Below are positions 56,289 to 64,000 of a stretch of DNA of 64,000 bases, piece by piece (the stretch's first letter is position 1; the number at the start of each line of letters is the position of its first letter). Source of the stretch: Sedimentisphaerales bacterium (GTDB taxonomy: Bacteria > Planctomycetota > Phycisphaerae > Sedimentisphaerales > Anaerobacaceae); NCBI GenBank assembly GCA_040772485.1, contig JAXGYC010000008.1:384001-448000 (forward strand), in the 5' to 3' direction. The notes under the pieces are model-generated. The model searched no databases. It was not told where the DNA came from and saw only the letters and a list, made by a program, of their open reading frames with translations. Made by a program: the position numbers and the translations under genes.

Positions 56289-58462
56289 GAGATCAGGTCC
56301 TTTCTATCTGCTGATTCGCTCTGCGGCTTCCGGACCGTAGTCACGTAGAGCCAGATGGTGACGAACGCCAGGAGGATCACACCGATCGGGCCGCCGAAGG
56401 GGACCATGCCCTCCCACAGGGGCATCTCGATACCTCGCTGCTTGGCGATCACGATGGGAATGGCGACGAGGATGCCCATCAAGGCTTCGCCGGTGATCAG
56501 GCCGGAGGCCATCAACAGGCCCCGGCGTTCGGACCCGTCGATCGCCGCGCTGTCGCTGCGATTGCGCTTGTGGTATGCCTTGACCGCCAGGCTGACAAGG
56601 CCGCCGATGAAGATCGGCACCGACAACTGGAACGGCAGGTAGAACCCGATGGCGACCGCCAGAACCGGGGTCCGGAACGGATACTGGCGCGCTTGCAGGT
56701 ATTGATCCAGGATGATGATGCCCACGGCAATGCCCATCCCCACGATCAGGTACGCCCAAGGCAGTCCTCCCTCGAAGACGCCCTTGGCCACCGAGGCCAT
56801 CAGATTGGCCTGAGGCGAGGAGAGCGCCTTGGAGCCGGCGTCTTTCATGCCTGCAAAGCCATATGCGCCCTGGAGCAGAATGAGCACCGGACCGATGATG
56901 AGCGCGCCCGCGACGGTCCCGACCATCTCCATGACCTGCTGCTTCCATGGGGTGGTGCCGACGAGGCGGCCGCACTTGAGGTCCTGCATCACGTCGCCGG
57001 CGATGGCGGCGGCGCAGCAGATGACCGCGCCGACGATGATCGCGGCGGCAGGGCCGTTCTCGGCCGCCTTGCCCATGAGCAGCACCAGCAGCAGGGATGA
57101 GACCAGCACCGTCGAGACAGTGACGCCGGAGATGGGGTTGTTCGACGAACCGACCAGGCCGGCCATGTACCCCGCCACGGCGGCAAACAAGAAGCCCGTG
57201 GCGAGCATGACCAACGCCATCACAAGAGAAACGTGCACCTGCTGGACGTAGTGCTGGTAGACCATAAACAGTGGGACCACGGAGGCGATGATCAGGAAGA
57301 TAATCCACTGCATCGGCAGGTCCCTCTCTGTTCGCTCCACGGAGCCTGTGCCCTCCTTGATCTTCTTATACGCGCGCAATCCGCTGGCCATGCCGCTGAC
57401 GAGGGACTTTCGCAGGTGGAATATCGTCCAGAGCCCGCCCACGAGCATGCCTCCGACGCCGAGGAAGCGAGTCCGCTTGGACCAGGTCCGCTGCGCGTAC
57501 TCCAGAGCGGCGACCGGCTGGCCCAGTTTGGCCAGGATCGCATCGTTGTGCTTCCGCACGTCGTTGACGTCTTCGACCGACGCATTGGGATCGGCGACCC
57601 TGGTCTGGAGCACGAACGAATCCCAGACACGCGGCTCGTTCGCGCGGCTGTCCCAGGCGGCGGCATCGTTCGGATCGATGATCCTGTACCTGGCGTCCGG
57701 AGTGTCCCAGCCGGCAGGGACATTCTGGTTCAGGAGCTGGTATGTGGGCCACTCGCTCTTGGCGGCGACGATGGGGATGGCGACGAACCAGTTGAGCGCG
57801 CCGCCCACAAAGATCAGGACCGCGATGTTCAGGCCGACGATGTACCCGACCGACAGCAGGGCCGGACTGAGGTTCGAGCCGAAGTACGCGATGGAGCCGC
57901 CCATCCGCCGGGCGCCCTGCATGATTTCGGGCCAGATGCCCAAGGCGTTGGCGCCGACCTTGAACAGTCCGCCCGCCAGGGCCGCGTTGACGATGTACCG
58001 GATTCCGGAGGCGTCCGTGCGCCCGGTCTCCAGCACCTTGGCGGTGGCGACGCCCTCGGGGAATTGGAGCTTCTGCTCGATGATCAGGGAGCGACGCAGC
58101 GGAATCGTGAACAGCACGCCCAGCAGACCGCCGAAGCCGGCAATGACGGCCACCCAGAAATAGCTGAACTGATCCCAGAAACCGATCAACAGCAGCGCCG
58201 GCAGCGTGAAGATCACTCCGGCGGCGAGCGACTCGCCCGCCGAGGCGCACGTGCCGATCAGGTTGCACTCGTAGATCGTGCTGGTCTTGAAGAACCGCAT
58301 GATCCCCAGCGCCATCACCGCCGCCGGAATGGCGGCCGAAACGGTCATCCCGGCGAACAGTCCCAGGTAGGCGTTGGCCGCCGAAAGAACCATCGACAGC
58401 ACCACGCCGAAGAAAAGGACGCGGATTGTCAACTCCTTGGGGGCGTTGTTAGCATCGTTCAT
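56285..58462 (-). CDS. OPT family oligopeptide transporter
   Basis: ELTIR, NAYLGLFAG.TVSAAIPAAV, FPEGVATA, GSSNNPISG, MQDLK.G, SPQANLM. Confidence 0.95.
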   Translation of the reverse strand: MNDANNAPKELTIRVLFFGVVLSMVLSAANAYLGLFAGMTVSAAIPAAVMALGIMRFFKTSTIYECNLIGTCASAGESLAAGVIFTLPALLLIGFWDQFSYFWVAVIAGFGGLLGVLFTIPLRRSLIIEQKLQFPEGVATAKVLETGRTDASGIRYIVNAALAGGLFKVGANALGIWPEIMQGARRMGGSIAYFGSNLSPALLSVGYIVGLNIAVLIFVGGALNWFVAIPIVAAKSEWPTYQLLNQNVPAGWDTPDARYRIIDPNDAAAWDSRANEPRVWDSFVLQTRVADPNASVEDVNDVRKHNDAILAKLGQPVAALEYAQRTWSKRTRFLGVGGMLVGGLWTIFHLRKSLVSGMASGLRAYKKIKEGTGSVERTERDLPMQWIIFLIIASVVPLFMVYQHYVQQVHVSLVMALVMLATGFLFAAVAGYMAGLVGSSNNPISGVTVSTVLVSSLLLVLLMGKAAENGPAAAIIVGAVICCAAAIAGDVMQDLKCGRLVGTTPWKQQVMEMVGTVAGALIIGPVLILLQGAYGFAGMKDAGSKALSSPQANLMASVAKGVFEGGLPWAYLIVGMGIAVGIIILDQYLQARQYPFRTPVLAVAIGFYLPFQLSVPIFIGGLVSLAVKAYHKRNRSDSAAIDGSERRGLLMASGLITGEALMGILVAIPIVIAKQRGIEMPLWEGMVPFGGPIGVILLAFVTIWLYVTTVRKPQSESADRKDLIS

Positions 58463-58492
58463 CGTGTCTCCCGAGAATCAACCTGTGGAGGG

Positions 58493-60172
58493 CTATTTCA
58501 CGAACTGCTCGACAAAATACCTGGGGCTCAGCGGCTCGCCCGTGGCGCGCTCGATCATGGTGTTCCACGGGTAAACGTCACCGGCCTCGAAGACCTTCCT
58601 CTTGAGGAACCTGCCCACCTTCGGCTTGCCCACGTAGCTTACAGTGTCACCTGTATCGAGCTTGAGCACCTTGTGAACAAGATGATGGTGCAGTTGCGAG
58701 GCCAGCAGCTCGCCGAGCATGTAGTTGTGGTAGTAGCATGGCGCGATGCTGAAGTGAATCTTGGCGGCCCAGTCCGGCTCGTGCCGTCGCGGCGGACGCT
58801 GGACAAGCTGGTACTTCTCGACCAGGTCCCACCACAGCGCGTCGAGGTCCTGGTCCGGATCGGCATATAATTGCTTCTCGAAAAAGTACATCACCATCGC
58901 CCATCGCGCGAAAATCAACTGCTTGAGCTGAGCGTACTTGTCGCTGACGGCGGCGATCTCGGCCCTTTGCCGGTCCGAGAGGTTCAGCATCGCCTGCATC
59001 CAGGCGGGATCGCGACTGAGCCGCCCGAACAACATGGCGATGGCCTCGGTGGTGAACGCATGGGCCGGCTCGCGCAGCAGGTAGGGCACCTCCGGGTCAT
59101 GGTACAGATCGTAGACGCCGTGACCCAATTCGTGCAGCAGCGTCTCCATCCACGTCTCGTTGTTCACCAGGTTGCACAAAATGCGGACGTCGCCTTCCCT
59201 GTCGATGTCGGTGCAGAAGGCGTGCTGGTTCTTGCCCTCCTTCTCGTACAGGTCGCTCCGCGCCAGGATCGAATCGACCGGCAGATCGATGCCGGCGTAG
59301 AACGCCTTGGCCAACTCCCTGACGTCCTTGTCCTTGTAGTAGACATCGAGGTCCAGACTGTAGACCATCGGCGTCTCCTGGAAGAACGGATCGTGATAGT
59401 CCCAGGGCATCATCTCCTGGACCGCGATGCCGCTACGGACCGCCAGCATCGGGTCCAGCTCGCTTTTGAGCCGGGCGAACGACGCGTTGGTCAGCTCGTA
59501 CAGCTCGTTGAAGAGCCTGTCCAGATCGTTGACGTCCTGCTCTCCGGTGGCAAGCACGAGCGTGTGGTAGTTGTCGAAGCCGAGCGATTGCGCCGCCTGG
59601 TTGCGCAGCTTGACCAGCCGGATCAGATCGGCCGCCACCGCCTGACCGACCTGCTTGCTCGCCTCCCAGGCCTGCTTCTTGATGACGCGATTGGTCTGCT
59701 CCTTGAGGATGGTCTTGATCTCATTGTCGGTGACGTTCTCTCCGTCGATGGCGCCGCGGAAGGTGCTGAATCGCTTTTCGATCTCCGTACCGAGCGCCAC
59801 GATCTTCTCCAGCACTTCCGGCTCGATCTGGTTGGCAAGGTACTTGTTGCAGAGCACCTCGAGCTGCCGGGCCAGCAGGGGATCTCTGATGTCACCCGAC
59901 GCCCTGAGCGCCTTGAGGAAGGCGAACTCGTCGGGGTTGCTGTAGATCCTGCGTAGTTGCAGCGTCAGCTCGCTGGAAAGGTCGTAGTCGTTGGCGTCGC
60001 CCGTGATTGCGGCGTTCCATGAGGCCAGGGCTGCCTCTTTCTCGATCGGTTTGATCTTGGCGACATGGTTGGTGACGAACAGTTGCAAGTCTCTCTCCTT
60101 CTTGTCCGGCCCGCAGCCGCAGACGGCCACGCCGACCAGCAGCAACACGCAGGTTCTACACGATTGCCTCAT
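58493..60172 (-). CDS. M2/M3-type Zn metallopeptidase, lipoprotein
   Basis: Lipobox VCGC; LVKLRN..A..LGFDNY; LLHELGH; TEAIA; WAAKIH; YYHNY.LGEL. Confidence 0.88.
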   Translation of the reverse strand: MRQSCRTCVLLLVGVAVCGCGPDKKERDLQLFVTNHVAKIKPIEKEAALASWNAAITGDANDYDLSSELTLQLRRIYSNPDEFAFLKALRASGDIRDPLLARQLEVLCNKYLANQIEPEVLEKIVALGTEIEKRFSTFRGAIDGENVTDNEIKTILKEQTNRVIKKQAWEASKQVGQAVAADLIRLVKLRNQAAQSLGFDNYHTLVLATGEQDVNDLDRLFNELYELTNASFARLKSELDPMLAVRSGIAVQEMMPWDYHDPFFQETPMVYSLDLDVYYKDKDVRELAKAFYAGIDLPVDSILARSDLYEKEGKNQHAFCTDIDREGDVRILCNLVNNETWMETLLHELGHGVYDLYHDPEVPYLLREPAHAFTTEAIAMLFGRLSRDPAWMQAMLNLSDRQRAEIAAVSDKYAQLKQLIFARWAMVMYFFEKQLYADPDQDLDALWWDLVEKYQLVQRPPRRHEPDWAAKIHFSIAPCYYHNYMLGELLASQLHHHLVHKVLKLDTGDTVSYVGKPKVGRFLKRKVFEAGDVYPWNTMIERATGEPLSPRYFVEQFVK

Positions 60173-60191
60173 CGTTGCACACTCCCTTGCG

Positions 60192-60276
60192 ACTTCGGAT
60201 TTCGGGTTGCCGATTGCAGATTACGGGTTGGCGTAGGAGACTCGAATCCGAAATCCGAAATCGTCAATCTGCAATC
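60192..60276. repeat. Heptamer palindromic intergenic repeat
   Basis: TTCGGAT/TTCGGGT/TGCCGAT/TGCAGAT facing ATCCGAA/ATCCGAA/ATCGTCA/ATCTGCA. Confidence 0.75.
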
Positions 60277-63200
60277 ATTGTCGGCCCGAGCGGTCGGGAT
60301 ACACCGGCTTCTGCGGCCGTCGGGGCGGCTGCTTTTCCAACTGCTTCAGGGCCACGGCAATGGCCGTTTCGAGCTGGGGATCGCCGCCGGCCACCATCCG
60401 ATCCGGCACATTCTCCACTTCGTAGTCGGGGTCCACGCCGTAACCTTCCACGGTCCACTGGCCGTCCGTATCGTATATGCCGAAGGTCGGCGCGCTGACC
60501 GAACCGCCGTCGATCGGTCGCGGGTTGCCGCTCATGCCGATCAGCCCGCCCCAGGTCCGCGTGCCCACGAGCGGCCCCAGGCCCGCCATGCGGAAGTAGT
60601 AGGGAAAGGCATCGCCGCCGGAGCCTGACCAGCCGTTGATGAGCATGACCTTCGGGCCGGCGTGGCTCAGGAAAGGCGTCTGCCAGTCGCGGTTGTCCCG
60701 GCGGGCCCAGTAGTTGTAGATCGGGCGATTCAGCAGCTCGATGAAACGGTCGGGAATCTGGCCGCCGCCGTTGAAACGTTCGTCGATGATCAACGCGTCT
60801 TTGGTCCACTGCCCGTTGAACTGCCGGACCAGCTCGTTCTGGCCGTTCTGGCCGGTGTCGGGGACGTAGATGTAGCCGACCCGACCCTGCGTCGCGGCCT
60901 CGACCTTCTCGCGGTTCGCCTCAATCCAGGCGAGGTTGCGAAGGCGAAACTCGCTGCCCATCGGTTCGACGAGAACATCGTTGGCGTCGTTGACATCGGG
61001 CGTTGCGCCGATCGTCAGTGTCACGGTCTGGCCGGCCAGGCCCTGGAAGGCAGCCCACGGGTCCTTCGACGTATCGAAGGGCCGGCCGTTAACCGCGAGG
61101 AGATAGTCGCCCTCTTTGACTTCGACGCCCGGCGCTCTCAGCGGAGAGCGCGGCTCCGCGTCCCATCGGGCGCCGTCGTAAATCCTGCCGATGCGGTAGG
61201 CGTTTTTGTCCTTGTCCAGTTCGAAGTCGCAGCCCAGCAGACCGACGTTCAGTCGCGGCGGCGATTCGATGTCACCGCCTCCGACATACGTGTGCGAGGC
61301 GTTCAGCTCGGCAATCATCTCTCCGATGATGTAATTGAGGTCCTCCCGGCTGGCCAGGTAGGGCAGCAGTGCCCCGTAGCGCTGCTTCATCGCGGGCCAG
61401 TCGAGCCCGTGCATGTTCGGGTCGTAGAAGTAGTCCCGCTCGACGCGCCAGGCCTCGGTGAAGATCTGTTTCCATTCCTCGCGCGGGTTGATCCAGGCCT
61501 TCAGATCGCCGGAGTCGACCTTGCCGTCGCCGACCTTCTTGTTCTCGCCGACGTCGATGATGCCGTACGTCGAGCGGCTCTTGTAGAGGATCTTCTTGCC
61601 GTCGGCCGAGAGGTCATAGCCGTCGACATTGTCGATGACGGTCTTCTCCTCGCGCTCTTTCAGATCGTAGTAGAGCAGCGTCCCGCCCGGCTCGCCGGGT
61701 TTCCTCGCTCCAGCGGGCATGCGGCGCATGAACAGCAGCTTGCCCTTGACCGACGCCAGACCGCCATAGTTGCCCGCTTGGATCGGCAGCGCGACCACCC
61801 GCCGCTCGAAGCCCTCGAAATCAATCTTCACCGGCTTGGGCTCGTCCTTCTTCTTGTCGTCCTTGCCGTTCTCGTCCTTCTTGCCTCCATCCTCTGACTT
61901 GTCCTCGGCCGCGTCCGCCTCGTTCGGATCGGCGACTCCCTCCTGCCCTTTCTCACTCTTCTCACCCTTCTCACCCTCCTTGTCCTCCTTGTCCTTCTCG
62001 ATCTCCTCCTCGTCGCTGCGCGGCGCGAGCGGACTGGGCGCGTCCTTCGTCAGGGTCACCGCAAACAACTGCGTCGAATTCGGATAGATCCAGGTCCAGT
62101 CCACGTCGCTGTAGACCGGGTCGAACGAGCGGTTCGAGCGGAAGAACAGGTACTTGCCTTCGACGTCGAAAACGGGTGAGCCGTCGTCGTAGAAATCGCT
62201 GGTGACCTGGCGGACAGTGCTGTCGTTGACATCGTAGATCATGATGTTGCCGTGGCGATTGGCACCGCTCTTGGCGTAGGCGAGCCAGCGGCTGTCGGGC
62301 GACCACGCGTAGGACGACATGTTGCTCCATTCGTCCTTGTCGATGAAGGTCACCTCGCCATCGTTGACATCCGTGATGTAAAGACTGCCGGTCTTGTCGC
62401 TGAAGGCGATGCGCTTGCTGTCGGGCGACCAGAGGGGGCTGTACCGAAAGGCGGCGCCGCCCTGGGTGACCTGCCGGGGCCGGCCCTTGCCGTCGCTGGG
62501 GTGCAGGTACAGCTCGTACTCGCCCGTCGCATCCGCGAAACAGGCGATCCATTTGCCGTCGGGCGACCAGGCGGGATAGCGCTCGGCCACGCCCGAGGTG
62601 TTGGTCAGGTCGCGGACGCTGCCGTGCTTGGCAGGCACGGTGAACACCTCGCCGCGCGCCTCGAAGAGCGCCCGCTGGCCGGTGGGCGACAGGGAGAAGC
62701 CCTGGATCAGGTTCGAGACGCTCTTCTGCTCGGTGCGCACATGGGGCAGGTCGTCGGGCACCTTCACCTGAATCGGCCGCGATCTCTCCGTTGCCAGGTC
62801 GAGCAGGTGAAGACTGCCGCCGTTCTCAAAGACGATGGCATCGGGCCCGAGGCTGGGCCATTTGACGTCGTATTCGGCGAAGTCGGTCACCTGGCGGAAT
62901 TGCTTGCTCCGCAGCGAATAAGCCCAGATGTTGAGCTTCTGGTCGGCGGCGCGATCGGAGAGGAAGTAGATCGTGTCGCCATGCCACATCGGCACCGCGT
63001 CCGTGCCGGCGAAATCGGTGAGCTTCTCGGCGCTGTTGTTCAGGAAATCGTAAAGCCACAGATCGCTGGCCATGCCGCCCCGATAGCGCTTCCACGTGCG
63101 GAACTCGCGCGAGATGAACTGGTAGACGATCTGGCTGCCGTCGGGGCTGAACGAACCCAACTCCGCATAGGGCAATGGTAGCGTCTGGGGCAGGCCGCCG

Positions 63201-63658
63201 GCGATGGACTGCTTGAAGAAGCGATTGAAGCGCCCCGAGGGGCTGACCATGCCCGAGCGGAAGAGCACGTGCTCGCCGTCGGGGTACCACTCGACCACGA
63301 GGTCGGTAGCGGAATGGTGCGTCAGCCGGCGGGGCTGGCCGCCCTGGGCGCCGACCACGTAGACGTCGGTGTTGCCGTCGTAGTTGCCGCTGAAAGCAAT
63401 CAACCGGCCGTCGGGCGAGAACTTGGGGAACATCTCATTGCCCTTGGGCGAACTGAGCCGCCGGGCGGTGCCGCCTTCCCTGGGGACGGTCCACAGGTCG
63501 CCCGCGTAGGAAAAGACGATTGCCTCGCCGCTGACGTCGGGAAAACGCAGCATGCGGGCGTCGGGCACATGGGTCAGGTCATCCGTTTCGGCCGCGATCG
63601 CGCCGGCCGGCAGCAACAGAATCAAGGCTAACGTGGCTGTAATTCTCATCGGTTTCAC
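60275..63658 (-). CDS. Tricorn protease (S41 family, PDZ), secreted
   Basis: Signal peptide; RFPDVSG, FSPDG repeats, WKRYRGG, IIDERFNGGG, SGSGGD, GTRTWGG; start at GTG 63658 or ATG 63649. Confidence 0.95.
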   Translation of the reverse strand: MKPMRITATLALILLLPAGAIAAETDDLTHVPDARMLRFPDVSGEAIVFSYAGDLWTVPREGGTARRLSSPKGNEMFPKFSPDGRLIAFSGNYDGNTDVYVVGAQGGQPRRLTHHSATDLVVEWYPDGEHVLFRSGMVSPSGRFNRFFKQSIAGGLPQTLPLPYAELGSFSPDGSQIVYQFISREFRTWKRYRGGMASDLWLYDFLNNSAEKLTDFAGTDAVPMWHGDTIYFLSDRAADQKLNIWAYSLRSKQFRQVTDFAEYDVKWPSLGPDAIVFENGGSLHLLDLATERSRPIQVKVPDDLPHVRTEQKSVSNLIQGFSLSPTGQRALFEARGEVFTVPAKHGSVRDLTNTSGVAERYPAWSPDGKWIACFADATGEYELYLHPSDGKGRPRQVTQGGAAFRYSPLWSPDSKRIAFSDKTGSLYITDVNDGEVTFIDKDEWSNMSSYAWSPDSRWLAYAKSGANRHGNIMIYDVNDSTVRQVTSDFYDDGSPVFDVEGKYLFFRSNRSFDPVYSDVDWTWIYPNSTQLFAVTLTKDAPSPLAPRSDEEEIEKDKEDKEGEKGEKSEKGQEGVADPNEADAAEDKSEDGGKKDENGKDDKKKDEPKPVKIDFEGFERRVVALPIQAGNYGGLASVKGKLLFMRRMPAGARKPGEPGGTLLYYDLKEREEKTVIDNVDGYDLSADGKKILYKSRSTYGIIDVGENKKVGDGKVDSGDLKAWINPREEWKQIFTEAWRVERDYFYDPNMHGLDWPAMKQRYGALLPYLASREDLNYIIGEMIAELNASHTYVGGGDIESPPRLNVGLLGCDFELDKDKNAYRIGRIYDGARWDAEPRSPLRAPGVEVKEGDYLLAVNGRPFDTSKDPWAAFQGLAGQTVTLTIGATPDVNDANDVLVEPMGSEFRLRNLAWIEANREKVEAATQGRVGYIYVPDTGQNGQNELVRQFNGQWTKDALIIDERFNGGGQIPDRFIELLNRPIYNYWARRDNRDWQTPFLSHAGPKVMLINGWSGSGGDAFPYYFRMAGLGPLVGTRTWGGLIGMSGNPRPIDGGSVSAPTFGIYDTDGQWTVEGYGVDPDYEVENVPDRMVAGGDPQLETAIAVALKQLEKQPPRRPQKPVYPDRSGRQ

Positions 63659-63688
63659 CTTTCCCCTCGACGCATCATTTCGGCGCTC

Positions 63689-63780
63689 GTTCGTAGTGTG
63701 CCCGTCAGAGCCTGCCCCGAGCTTGCCGAAGGGGCATACCTCCTATAGAGACAGTAACGCCTTACGGCGTCACTACAAAC
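63689..63780. repeat. REP/MITE-like element, same family as 7600-7663
   Basis: GTTCGTAGTGTGCCCGT...GGCATACC...CACTACAAAC. Confidence 0.75.
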
Positions 63781-63965
63781 CGGGACGCCCATCGTACCGG
63801 CAGGGCCGCCGCGAATCAAGGTCGCTTCCAAATCAACTGGCTGCTCTTTGACAGCGCCACACAGAGATTTCTTCTTTGAGGCCGGGCCGCAGCCCTGTAC
63901 CATGCGGCACAAGGGCGAATCCTGATTCGCCCCTGCATGGAATTGGCGATGAACCGAGGACTCTT

Positions 63966-64000
63966 ATGGCCAAACGCGAATATCTGACCGCCCCGCTGCC
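63966..64000 (+). CDS. Start of an unidentified CDS truncated by the window end
   Basis: GAGGA RBS then ATG, MAKREYLTAPL... Confidence 0.4.
   Translation, partial: MAKREYLTAPL

Overview
GC-rich bacterial chromosome segment, probably a Planctomycetota (Phycisphaerae/Sedimentisphaerales-like) genome. That assignment is inferred from the ThiD2-ThiE fusion, PEP-CTERM proteins, a stand-alone gyrA, heptamer palindromic intergenic repeats and many D/E-P/A/V-N motifs. Left to right: a partial DNA methyltransferase with an extra N-terminal domain (missed by the ORF track), a divergent Cys-rich HNH-AP2 endonuclease with a structured upstream region, thiE, secreted CAZyme-like proteins, a DUF6057/TolB-like pair, a DnaA-box cluster, two PEP-CTERM genes, a GH29 fucosidase, a CPA2 antiporter-USP-EIIA fusion, gyrA-holA, DUF1848, an LtaS-like transferase, a TetR-TolC-MFP-RND-crotonase operon, tRNA-Ser(CGA), a Na/Pi transporter, a Wzx/Glf/GT/Wzy glycan locus facing a GT-C transferase with nested Ig and DUF5648-like domains, DUF362, and a tricorn-M2/M3-OPT-M20 peptide-scavenging operon. 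No CRISPR array, rRNA, integrase or IS transposase was seen. The best leads are a possible protein-glycosylation system (GT-C enzyme plus D/E-x-N motifs), the HNH-AP2 locus, and three candidate structured non-coding RNAs with their own promoters. All family assignments come from motif recognition by eye; no database search was run.
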